Shown: one piece after another, positions 9,627 through 18,597 of the stretch
Layout of the letters: the number at the start of each line of letters is the position of its first letter
How positions within the stretch are numbered: the stretch's first letter is position 1
Virus record (IMG/VR): IMGVR_UViG_2671180604_000001
Location: 1-64,000 of that record
Length of the DNA stretch: 64,000 nt
Reading direction: 5' to 3' (one strand)
From: a virus
Lineage: Duplodnaviria; Caudoviricetes
Notes under the pieces: model-generated
What the model was told of the DNA's origin: nothing
The model's database searches: none
Seen by the model: the letters and a program-made list of their open reading frames with translations, nothing else
Position numbers and translations under genes: made by a program

Positions 9627-10302
9627 GAATAGAAATATGTGGGAACAGTGGTCTAAAGGCAAAACTGATTTTTTTGCAATGAATCTACTGGCAGAATCTA
9701 AATCGAATCGCCAATCACGAGTTCGTCGAGCTTTAGATAAAAAAGTTATTTTGCCATGCGCAGTGACGAGTGAAACAGTAAACGGTGATCAATTGCATCA
9801 AGGTAGCACTGGTGGATTAGTCATTACTGGTGAACGTTTTATCACTGTAAAACTTCCATACGGTATCAGTGCTAATGATATTTGGCGTGCCACGATAGAT
9901 GAGAGCACAGGTAAACAACGTAATAGTTTATCGATTGGCGCTAAGAAGTTTAAACGCCGTGTGTTTGAAATCTATGCACCTATTTTTAAAGCACTTAAAT
10001 TGAAAGCAATATCACAGCAATGTGAGATTCGATTGCTTGTTCAACCACCACGAAAAAATCGTAGTTACAGTGCAAGTTCATATCCGCGCTTTGATATTGA
10101 TAACTATCCAAAATTATTAATTGATTCTTTAAAAGGTACAGAACTGCTTTTTAAAGATGACAACATCTTTGTAAAAGAAAAAATCGAATTTGCTGAACCT
10201 ATAGAAAACGGTTGTGTCTGGTTATCGTGTGTTTTTATCAATGAAACAAACTGGTTAGACAAAAAGGTCGATTTTGAGTGGCTGGCTGGGAGAGTTGCTT
10301 AA
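9619..10302 (+). CDS. rusA: RusA-family Holliday junction resolvase
   Basis: SANDIWR, DIDNYPKLLIDSL and DD motifs; ATG at 9619 preferred. Confidence 0.85.
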   Translation: MSKNRNMWEQWSKGKTDFFAMNLLAESKSNRQSRVRRALDKKVILPCAVTSETVNGDQLHQGSTGGLVITGERFITVKLPYGISANDIWRATIDESTGKQRNSLSIGAKKFKRRVFEIYAPIFKALKLKAISQQCEIRLLVQPPRKNRSYSASSYPRFDIDNYPKLLIDSLKGTELLFKDDNIFVKEKIEFAEPIENGCVWLSCVFINETNWLDKKVDFEWLAGRVA

Positions 10303-11006
10303 TGGCTAAAAGAACTGATTTAGAAAAAAGAGTCCTGATAGGGCGAAAACTTGCACTTGCAAGAGAACGCCGTGGAATGCTTCAACATGAAGTCGCAATA
10401 GAACTTTTCGGCGTTGAACAAAAGAATCGTATCTCTGAGATGGAAAATGGCAAAACATTGCCTGATGCAGAACTATTACAAGTCATGTGCAGTATGTACC
10501 GTGTGTCAGTTGACTGGGTATTAGGTTTTACGATTAATCCTGAACTCAATGAAACTGAATCTGTAGCAGGGGTATTGTTCAATAGTGTTGGTGATATTTT
10601 GGCTGATAATTTGAATGCAATTACTTCACAGATTTCTTTGTTATGCGCCAAACATATCAACTCATTTCCGAAAGCACTTCAGATACAACTATTAGAGCAA
10701 TCTAAAGCAGCTGCAAAACAATTTCTCCAACTTGATCGCAGTCAGCAAGAGAAATTAAAACCGGAGATGATGGATCTAATTCAAACAATTCAAGAGTGTG
10801 AAAAGGAACGTGCGGTCCAATTCAATCATATTGCTAAGGGATTGGAAGATATAACTGAACGAGATGAGGATGAAATTCAAGAGAAAATACTTCAAGACTT
10901 AAAGAGTCAGCGTAAATCGCGTTTTACTCAAACGACTTTGAAAGACAAAAAGGGAGATGCGGAAGAACCGCAACTTGATTTCTTATCTGGCACTGGATTG
11001 GTTTAA
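10302..11006 (+). CDS. XRE-family HTH regulator with long helical C-terminus (candidate late-gene activator)
   Basis: IGRKLALARERRGMLQHEVA...ISEMENGKTLPD...VSVDWVLG; located after rusA, where lambdoid Q usually lies. Confidence 0.75.
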   Translation: MAKRTDLEKRVLIGRKLALARERRGMLQHEVAIELFGVEQKNRISEMENGKTLPDAELLQVMCSMYRVSVDWVLGFTINPELNETESVAGVLFNSVGDILADNLNAITSQISLLCAKHINSFPKALQIQLLEQSKAAAKQFLQLDRSQQEKLKPEMMDLIQTIQECEKERAVQFNHIAKGLEDITERDEDEIQEKILQDLKSQRKSRFTQTTLKDKKGDAEEPQLDFLSGTGLV

Positions 11007-11008
11007 CC

Positions 11009-11869
11009 ATGGCAGTGCAATCGTATTCTCAAGAAATATGGGATCGACTCAAATTAGTTTATGAGTCATCCCCTAAGATCACCTGGCAAAAACTAGTTGA
11101 TCAAGTGGGTGAGGAGTTAGGCTGTGAAATGCCTTCTCCCTCTGTTGTTCGCCGTAAAGCAATCGCTGAAAAGTGGAAAAAGTGCACCAAAAATCTAGTC
11201 AAAAAGACTGCGCGTGAACTCAATAATGAAATTAAAAAATTGACTAGAAAAAAGACTAGTCAAGAAAGTTCACAATCATCTGAAAATAAAGGAGAAAATG
11301 ATAGTCAAAATAATGTCAAAAATCCGTCAAATATTGTCGATATTTGGGGTCAAAAATCCAAGGAAAAAAATGAATTTAGTAAGGCTGATTTAAACCGTCT
11401 AACTTCTGCTCAAATCATTCAGAACAATCGCTATAGGTTAGCTGATTTAGGTCAATTAGCTGGTGACACTATTACCAGCGTGATTCATATCAGAGATGAA
11501 GTTTTACAGCTCGATATATCTAATTTGAATGCAGAGGATGAAGAAGCTTTAAAAATTATTAATGGTCTTAAATTCAAAATGGGTTTGATCAGTCAGATTG
11601 TGGACCTAAATGTTAAGCAAAGTATTACTTTAGCCAATATCGCTAAATCAGAAGCCTTGTTTTGGGGCTTTGAAATTGAAGAACTCAAAGATCAGTCAGA
11701 GGTTCAGTCGAAACGCTCTGCGGTTGTGGCTGGTGCTGAAGAACGTATGCGGATCGCTAAAGAACAAATGGCCACTGATAAAAAAGCAGCTTTTGCTCGT
11801 AAGTTAGCAATGATTGAAGCTGGTGATCCAGAACCTGATCAAGATGAACAACAAGAGGCTATCGCATGA
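11009..11869 (+). CDS. Probable terminase small subunit
   Basis: N-terminal HTH ending in VRRKAIAEKW, typical of TerS N-termini; helical C-terminus; internal phased repeats. Confidence 0.55.
   Translation: MAVQSYSQEIWDRLKLVYESSPKITWQKLVDQVGEELGCEMPSPSVVRRKAIAEKWKKCTKNLVKKTARELNNEIKKLTRKKTSQESSQSSENKGENDSQNNVKNPSNIVDIWGQKSKEKNEFSKADLNRLTSAQIIQNNRYRLADLGQLAGDTITSVIHIRDEVLQLDISNLNAEDEEALKIINGLKFKMGLISQIVDLNVKQSITLANIAKSEALFWGFEIEELKDQSEVQSKRSAVVAGAEERMRIAKEQMATDKKAAFARKLAMIEAGDPEPDQDEQQEAIA
11198..11353 (+). repeat. Phased GTCAA repeat cluster (candidate pac site)
   Basis: GTCAA at 11198, 11259, 11304, 11315, 11326 and 11349; GTCGA at 11336; inverted TTGAC at 11240. Confidence 0.5.
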
Positions 11870-12534
11870 TTAAAACAAATTTAACTCATAGAGAATTGTG
11901 TGAAGTCGGCGCTGCATTATTACGCAAGCCAGAGTCTGCAAATGGTCATGGATGCCATTTTTCAATTGTAGAGCCTTCATGTTATGGAGAAAATCCCGAT
12001 GTGTTCGGTGTTCGTCACGGTAATGGATACGATGTTGGCACAATTTTATTGGAAGCCAAAACAAGCCGATCTGACTTTTTAGCAGATAAGAAAAAACCGC
12101 ATCGAATTGAACCAACAATCGGCGTTGGAAAATGGCGCTATTTCATTTGCCCGACAGACTTAATTCAACCTGAAGAATTACCGGAGCGATGGGGATTGAT
12201 ATACGTTTCGAATGGGAAGCGATGCAAATATATCAAAGGTGCTATGGCTGTGCCTAAAGTGAAATATGTCAATGAATGGAATCAAAATTCTCAATATTGG
12301 CGAAATGGTAAAGCATTAGAACAAAGCTTTATCGATTTTGCTTTCAATGATCGAAATGTACAGAACGAGTTCAATTTATTGACGATGGCATTAGCTCGAT
12401 TAAGAGATCCTGAAAAGATCCTTTACATGCAACGAAATTTCACCCGCTTAGAAATGGAATGCCAAAGACAAGCCCATGAAATTCGAAAGCTACAGCAAGA
12501 TGTAAATATCAATAATTGTATAAAACTTAAATAA
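11866..12534 (+). CDS. PD-(D/E)xK nuclease-like protein (MmcB-related phage family)
   Basis: ENPDVFG...LLEAKTSRSDFLADKKK, ELPERWGL. Confidence 0.7.
   Translation: MIKTNLTHRELCEVGAALLRKPESANGHGCHFSIVEPSCYGENPDVFGVRHGNGYDVGTILLEAKTSRSDFLADKKKPHRIEPTIGVGKWRYFICPTDLIQPEELPERWGLIYVSNGKRCKYIKGAMAVPKVKYVNEWNQNSQYWRNGKALEQSFIDFAFNDRNVQNEFNLLTMALARLRDPEKILYMQRNFTRLEMECQRQAHEIRKLQQDVNINNCIKLK
12428..12454 (+). repeat. Left copy of a 27-bp imperfect direct repeat bounding the IetAS island
   Basis: TGCAACGAAATTTCACCCGCTTAGAAA; 25/27 identical to 17350-17376. Confidence 0.8.
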
Positions 12535-12716
12535 ATTTAAGGAGAAAATCCAAATAAAAAGTACAAAACAACTATTTCTTAAAGATGGTGGAAGTTTAAT
12601 TTTTAATCAGTAATATTAATCTTTGTACAAAAATAAAAAATACAAAATAAATGTACATGTTTTAATTTAATTAAAATATAATATTAATAAATGATTTCTT
12701 GGTTTGGTTGTATAGT

Positions 12717-13859
12717 ATGGATATTTATGGTGAATTTTGTAATGTCTTAAGGCTTTGCTTAAATGGGCAACCTGAGGACATTCGTCTGTATTCTGCCAAA
12801 TTAGTAAGAAAGTATCGTAAAGAAAATCCCGAATTTGCCGTAGAAATTGAAAAATTACTAAAGGCCACTCCTACAAGGTCTACAATCAATCCAATAGCAA
12901 GGGATTCAGGTGCCTTAGATAAAAAAATTATAAAAAATGAATCTGAAGGCTTTTCTTTAAGTTCACCTGTAGATCAAGATACCTACTTATCACTTTTATC
13001 CAAAATTGAAACTAATGTTTCAGTATTACTTATGAATTCGAATTTAAAAAAGGAGCTTGATAATTTTATAAAGGAAAGAGAAAAAGCTAATATTTTAAAA
13101 GAATTTGATTTAAAGCCTCTTCAGTCAGCAATTTTTATTGGCGAACCTGGTTTAGGTAAAACTCTTAGTGCCAAATATTTAGCACAAGAATTAGGTTTAC
13201 CACTTTATAAGCTTGATTTAGCTACCATAATGAGTAGTTATTTAGGCAAATCGGGAATAAATCTTAAAGCAGCATTCCAATTTGCTAAACAAAGTTCTTG
13301 TATATTATTTCTAGATGAAATTGATGCTGTTGCTAAAACACGGAATGATAGTAGTGATATTGGCGAGCTGAAAAGGGTTGTAACAGTAATTCTTCAAGAG
13401 CTTGATTCATGGAAATCTGAAAGCATTATTGTAGCTGCTACTAATCATCCAGAATTAATTGATCATGCAATTTGGCGCAGATTTGATACGGTAATTAAAT
13501 TTGAACCACCGACAGGAGAAATGCTAAATAGAGCAATATCATTTTTTTCGAAGGAATCAAAATGCAAAATTGAAAAATATGAACCATTATTATGTGAATT
13601 ATACAAAGGCAAATCTTTTGCTTATATTGAATCTGAACTCGTAAAAATTAGAAAAACTTTGATTCTTAATGAGGATATTGAACAATACCTAGTTGATTAT
13701 ATTGCAAAATTAATTCAAAGTAATACTATTGATAAAAATGATCTCAAATTGATTGCCAAAAACTGTATAAAAAGTACAAAGTTGACAATTAATAAGGTAT
13801 CAATCTTGACGGGATTGCATAGAAACACCTTAAAAAACTTAACTGAAGGTAGTGAATAA
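12717..13859 (+). CDS. ietA: AAA+ ATPase, IetA-like, with C-terminal HTH
   Basis: Walker A GEPGLGKT, Walker B LFLDEID, ATNHPELID..IWRRFD; directly upstream of an S8 protease. Confidence 0.85.
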   Translation: MDIYGEFCNVLRLCLNGQPEDIRLYSAKLVRKYRKENPEFAVEIEKLLKATPTRSTINPIARDSGALDKKIIKNESEGFSLSSPVDQDTYLSLLSKIETNVSVLLMNSNLKKELDNFIKEREKANILKEFDLKPLQSAIFIGEPGLGKTLSAKYLAQELGLPLYKLDLATIMSSYLGKSGINLKAAFQFAKQSSCILFLDEIDAVAKTRNDSSDIGELKRVVTVILQELDSWKSESIIVAATNHPELIDHAIWRRFDTVIKFEPPTGEMLNRAISFFSKESKCKIEKYEPLLCELYKGKSFAYIESELVKIRKTLILNEDIEQYLVDYIAKLIQSNTIDKNDLKLIAKNCIKSTKLTINKVSILTGLHRNTLKNLTEGSE

Positions 13860-13861
13860 TT

Positions 13862-16075
13862 ATGGCTAATTTTTTAATTGGTAGGGGTGAATTAATAACT
13901 GAAAAAATGGATCCGCCCAACAAATTTAGACGCCCTGGTGATGAGGTTTATACCTTTTCAGCAGTTAAGAATAGAATTCTACCGAAGTTAGTAAAGATAT
14001 CTGAAGGGATGGTTGACAGAAACTCTAGGGAGTTGCCGGGTAATCTGGATGTAATTAGAGTTGTTATGAATCCTAGTTACACTGCACGTTCGAACTTTCC
14101 TACAAGGTTTTTAAAAGAGGCCGGACTAAACCCTATTGGAAGTAAAAATACAAGAATAAAGCCTGAAAAGTGGTCTAAAAAAAAACCTGTTGAAGAAACA
14201 CTAACTACAGAAATTTTTGTATCTGGAACTAAAGATGTTCTTATTGAGTTGCCGAATTTTATTAAAAGCTTGGATGAAAATTCAAAAGTAGCTAAAGAAT
14301 TTATTCATATAGAAGAAATTTCTGAAATTCTTCCAGAGGATAAAATCAAAAAAGGCGTTTTAGATAATCCTAAAGTAATGTTTTTTGAAATTGGACTTCA
14401 TATCGATGATGACAAAGATCTCATTTATAAAAAGTTTAAAGAATTAGTAAATGAGTTGCAGGGTACTGTATATGATGATTGTGCTATCTATACAGGGTCA
14501 TTATGTTTTGTGCCAATAAAAATTGATAATAAAAAAATTCTAGATATTGCAAAATTTTCAATGGTAAGACTAATTAGGAATGTTTCATATTTAAGAGAGT
14601 TACAGCCCATTAGAAATATCACTTCAATTGGGGTGAAATGCGAATTACCCGAATTACCACCTTTATCAACTAAGCCAAAAGTTGCTATCCTTGATGGAGG
14701 AATACCACATAATCATATTTTAGAAAATTGGTTAACTAAAGTGCATTTAGGAGATGAGGAAGCGAATGATATTGCTGAGCTTAATCAACATGGTTTGGGG
14801 GTAACTTCAGCATTTTTATTTGGATCGCTATTACCTAGAACAACCGCTTTACAACCATATTCGTATGTTCATCATATAAGAGTGTTAGATGATAAAACCG
14901 CTACAGATGATCCATTTGAGTTATATAGAACATTAAAATTAATTCAGGATGTTTTGGTATCTAAAGCTTATGAGTTTATTAATTTAAGTCTAGGACCAAA
15001 TCTGTGTGTAAGCGATGATGATGTTCATCCATGGTCATCTGTAATTGATCAAGAATTAAGTGATGGTAAAACATTATTAACTGTTGCTGCTGGAAATAAT
15101 GGGGAGTTAGATCCTAACTCAGGTAACAATAGAATCCAAATACCTTCTGATTCTGTTAATTCGCTTGTTGTAGGTGCTTCAAATAGCAATAAGCCAAATT
15201 GGGAAAAAGCATGTTACAGTGCTGTAGGTCCTGGTCGCGTACCTGGAAGAGTAAAACCAGATGTAGTAGCTTTCGGAGGGGATGTTGATGAGTATTTTCA
15301 CGTATTATCACCCGACAGCTCCTCAACGATTGCTCCTACATGTGGAACTAGTTTCGCTGCACCTTTAGTACTTCGTCAAGCAGTTGGAATTAGATCAATT
15401 CTTGGGGAAGAAATTACACCAATAGCATTAAAGGCTCTACTAATTCATACCGCTAACACAAATGGACATAATCAAGATTTAGTTGGTTGGGGTAAGATTG
15501 AAAATAACATTTCAAAAATTATTCAATGTGAAGATGGTGAAGCACGGATTTTATATCAAGGTTATTTAGAACCAGGAAAGTATCTTAAAGCAAATATTCC
15601 ATTACCAGAAACTGTAAAGGACGGAATTGTAGAAATTACAGCTTCTCTTTGTTTTGCTTGTGATGTAGATTCAGAACATTCATCAGCTTATACTCAATCA
15701 GGCTTAGAAATCACTTTTAGACCACACACAGACAAATTCAATAAAGCCGGCACGGCAATTGAAACAGCTCCATTTTTTAGTAATGGAGGTGCAAGCAATG
15801 AGCTTGAACGAAGACTCAAAGAGCACAAATGGGAAACCGTTTTGCATAAAAAGAAAAACAAACAAGCAAGTTCGCTTAAGAATCCATTTTTTGAGATTCA
15901 TCATATAGCTAGAGAGAATGCAACTTTACCTAAAAAACCTAAAGCAATTCCTTATGCTATGGTAATAACTGTTAAGTCTAGGAAAAACATGAATTTATAC
16001 AATGATATTCTACAAACATATGTTAATAGATTGTCACCATTAAAACCGAAAGTTGATATATCGATCAATTTATAA
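13862..16075 (+). CDS. ietS: Subtilisin-like S8 serine protease, IetS-like (Y4bN type)
   Basis: ILDGG (Asp), HGLGV (His), AAGNNG (oxyanion Asn), KPDVVAFGG, GTSFAAP (Ser); no signal peptide. Confidence 0.88.
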   Translation: MANFLIGRGELITEKMDPPNKFRRPGDEVYTFSAVKNRILPKLVKISEGMVDRNSRELPGNLDVIRVVMNPSYTARSNFPTRFLKEAGLNPIGSKNTRIKPEKWSKKKPVEETLTTEIFVSGTKDVLIELPNFIKSLDENSKVAKEFIHIEEISEILPEDKIKKGVLDNPKVMFFEIGLHIDDDKDLIYKKFKELVNELQGTVYDDCAIYTGSLCFVPIKIDNKKILDIAKFSMVRLIRNVSYLRELQPIRNITSIGVKCELPELPPLSTKPKVAILDGGIPHNHILENWLTKVHLGDEEANDIAELNQHGLGVTSAFLFGSLLPRTTALQPYSYVHHIRVLDDKTATDDPFELYRTLKLIQDVLVSKAYEFINLSLGPNLCVSDDDVHPWSSVIDQELSDGKTLLTVAAGNNGELDPNSGNNRIQIPSDSVNSLVVGASNSNKPNWEKACYSAVGPGRVPGRVKPDVVAFGGDVDEYFHVLSPDSSSTIAPTCGTSFAAPLVLRQAVGIRSILGEEITPIALKALLIHTANTNGHNQDLVGWGKIENNISKIIQCEDGEARILYQGYLEPGKYLKANIPLPETVKDGIVEITASLCFACDVDSEHSSAYTQSGLEITFRPHTDKFNKAGTAIETAPFFSNGGASNELERRLKEHKWETVLHKKKNKQASSLKNPFFEIHHIARENATLPKKPKAIPYAMVITVKSRKNMNLYNDILQTYVNRLSPLKPKVDISINL

Positions 16076-16208
16076 TGAAGAATTTAATTAATTTTAGAGA
16101 AGTGTTTGTCAATAAAATATTCTAACTTTATTAAATTTTCAAAAAGGTAATTTTTAATTTTATTATAAGATATAGACTTATACCAAATTTCGTATATCTT
16201 TTCGTTTA

Positions 16209-16237
16209 AAATCACCCAATTTCTATATGGGTGATTT
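16209..16237. terminator. Hairpin between convergent genes
   Basis: AAATCACCCA...TGGGTGATTT. Confidence 0.55.
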
Positions 16238-16252
16238 AAATGAAAAATCTGT

Positions 16253-17164
16253 CTATTTTTCTGATTTTTTTGAAGTAGTAGACTTGTTTTTTTCTGAGCT
16301 TTCTAAGTGAGGGTTTTGTATAGTAATTTCCTTAATATCATAGGTTTTGATATTTCCTGAGCTATCAGTGACTGCACATATGCCTTTAACGCACAATGGT
16401 GTTAAAAAATAACTTGCCCCTGATTTATCCCCTTTAATTTGAACTTGCGGATATTTAATTGCTTTTGGTTTGTCACCATCTTTTTGCTTCAATTTCCCAG
16501 TAGAAACTTGGAAGTCAATTCGCGCTTGTTCTTCACCAGTATTTGCTAAATTTTCAGCTGTCTTGAACACATATAAAAAGAATACAAGGAATAAAATCAT
16601 ACCTAAATAGTGTAAAAGTGCTGAGACTTCAAATCTATTCGGGCTTTCATCATATTTCAAAGAAGCATCCATATCTATATGAGTCAGTGTCATTTGGTTC
16701 TTGTGAAGAAAATCATATGAACCTGCGTATATCCACTTAAAGGAACCTATAATAAAATTTATTCCTTTTTTGGGTGGATTTACAATTTTCTCAACTTTTT
16801 GAAAATCAATTTCTTCTTTGAAAAATTCATAAATATTAATGATTAAGAACTTTAGTAGTACAAATACGGGGCGTACTGAAACAATTATTAAAGCTGTAAA
16901 TATGTTAAGAAAGTAAAACCATTGACGGAGTGTTATTTTGGATATTAATGAAAAAATAATCATTAAAATAATGACATAAACGAAAACCTCAAATCCTCTT
17001 AACAAACCCTCCATAAGCATTAGAGATATTGGGAAATCAAAGGCATTTAATTTATAGTTAAAATAATAAGCATAGCCGTAGTTGTACCAGTAACCACACC
17101 AGAACAGAAGAATAGTAAAAACAGATGTTATAAATGCCCAGTCAAAACGGATGTTTATTTTCAT
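16253..17164 (-). CDS. Multi-pass membrane protein (moron)
   Basis: 303 aa with about 4 hydrophobic helices; AT-rich; opposite orientation to its neighbours. Confidence 0.75.
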   Translation of the reverse strand: MKINIRFDWAFITSVFTILLFWCGYWYNYGYAYYFNYKLNAFDFPISLMLMEGLLRGFEVFVYVIILMIIFSLISKITLRQWFYFLNIFTALIIVSVRPVFVLLKFLIINIYEFFKEEIDFQKVEKIVNPPKKGINFIIGSFKWIYAGSYDFLHKNQMTLTHIDMDASLKYDESPNRFEVSALLHYLGMILFLVFFLYVFKTAENLANTGEEQARIDFQVSTGKLKQKDGDKPKAIKYPQVQIKGDKSGASYFLTPLCVKGICAVTDSSGNIKTYDIKEITIQNPHLESSEKNKSTTSKKSEK

Positions 17165-17349
17165 TTTGGACCCTTCTAATAATTAAAGTTCAATTTAGAA
17201 GGTGGGTATTTTAAATACTTAAATTATAATTTTGGAACTATTCTAAAATTATGTCCTAATTTTATTTGAAAATTGTTCTTAAATTTTTATCTTAAAGCTC
17301 AAATATGTCTAATTATGCTCAAGATCAGAAATTCCTTTATGAGCATATG

Positions 17350-17376
17350 TGCAACGAAATTTCACTCGTTTAGAAA
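17350..17376 (+). repeat. Right copy of the 27-bp direct repeat (relic of the nuclease gene 3' end)
   Basis: TGCAACGAAATTTCACTCGTTTAGAAA. Confidence 0.8.
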
Positions 17377-17408
17377 AGTAAACCCAAATTCAGTGGAGTA
17401 GGAATAAA

Positions 17409-17753
17409 ATGCTAGAAAAATTTATTCAATATTGCCATTCAAAACGAGACGGCTTAAGTGATTACTACATCACTCAGACATATAAAAACATGCAAGAGTT
17501 GTTATATGTTCAGTTTTTAGAAGCAGAATTGCAGACTCAATTACAACTAAATGAAAGCTTGGAACAAAAGTTGAGTCAAGATAGTCAAATACTTCACAAC
17601 ATTATTGATATGGAAACCAGAAAAACTCAGAAATTGCAGAATCGAATCAATCATGTAATGAGTTTATTTGGTTGCCAGCAGGTAGTTAATCCAAACGATA
17701 TTATTGAAGCTTTATCAGGTGATATAGATCAATCACTTTATGAGGTAGATTGA
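17409..17753 (+). CDS. Phage hypothetical coiled-coil protein
   Basis: 114 aa, AGGA RBS. Confidence 0.7.
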   Translation: MLEKFIQYCHSKRDGLSDYYITQTYKNMQELLYVQFLEAELQTQLQLNESLEQKLSQDSQILHNIIDMETRKTQKLQNRINHVMSLFGCQQVVNPNDIIEALSGDIDQSLYEVD

Positions 17754-18160
17754 AGATGATTAATGATATGAATCAATTTAGTGTGGGTGAGAAGGTGCTT
17801 TATATTGGTTTATGGGGTTCGGATTTTAACTTAGTTGATGAAGTGGTAGGTATCGTTTGGGATGGTTTACTTCAGCGAAATAAGTATCTTATTAGAGACT
17901 CAGAATCAGGCACTGTAATTCAACAGTATGGCGATAACTATCGAATTGCTGATGCAGATGAAATTGCCATTGAGCATAGACTACGCTCTAACAATGGTAA
18001 GAATATATGTTCAAAAGGCGCACAAGAAATTATGAAATCTGAATCCTTTATTGATTATCTACTTCAATGTGAGAAAGTCGTTAAACAGTGGCCTGAATGG
18101 AAAGTTAGTAGCTTAAGAGATGCTTTTGACATGAACCCCTTATCTAAAATGAATGGGTAG
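17750..18160 (+). CDS. Phage hypothetical protein
   Basis: 136 aa, GAGGT RBS. Confidence 0.65.
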   Translation: MKMINDMNQFSVGEKVLYIGLWGSDFNLVDEVVGIVWDGLLQRNKYLIRDSESGTVIQQYGDNYRIADADEIAIEHRLRSNNGKNICSKGAQEIMKSESFIDYLLQCEKVVKQWPEWKVSSLRDAFDMNPLSKMNG

Positions 18161-18224
18161 AATGACTTGTCTAATATTATTGATTTGATGTATATTTGAT
18201 CAATTCAATAATTAGAGATATTTT

Positions 18225-18515
18225 ATGAAAACACAAAACATGACATGGGATGCACTGTTGGTTTTAGTGCTTGTACTTGCATTTTCTTTCTCAGTGGTTT
18301 GGTCACTTTTTCCCATTTTTATGAAATTTGTAATGCCAATTTCTGAGATGATGATTTCGATAGCAGCACAGCATCATAGTGATCTTTTATTTGTAATTTT
18401 CACATTAATTCATATAGTAGTTGTAATGTCTTATCTTGTACTTTTACCATTTAAAGTTGCTCAAGCAATTATCGACAAGATTCTTATTTCAAGAACTAAA
18501 AATATTACAGCCTAA
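18225..18515 (+). CDS. Small two-TM membrane protein
   Basis: 96 aa with two hydrophobic stretches. Confidence 0.6.
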   Translation: MKTQNMTWDALLVLVLVLAFSFSVVWSLFPIFMKFVMPISEMMISIAAQHHSDLLFVIFTLIHIVVVMSYLVLLPFKVAQAIIDKILISRTKNITA

Positions 18516-18527
18516 AATAATTTAGGT

Positions 18528-18594
18528 TGGAACAATCGCTTTTTTCAAATAGCTGTAATGTCAAAATCATCCTATGTAAAAATAGGGTGATTTT
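18528..18594 (+). promoter_or_regulatory. Late-promoter-like element plus RBS-covering hairpin
   Basis: TGGAAC 18528, AAAAT 18563 (29-nt spacer); inverted repeat 18563-18575 / 18582-18594. Confidence 0.75.
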
Positions 18595-18597
18595 TTT

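Noticed and set aside
7050-12534. Methylase plus PD-(D/E)xK nuclease as a restriction-modification pair
   Set aside because: Genes are 3 kb apart and both are common stand-alone phage early genes
18528-18567. GGAAC motif as an ECF sigma -35 element
   Set aside because: ECF spacing to -10 is about 16-17 nt, whereas the conserved box here is 28-30 nt away; no sigma gene seen
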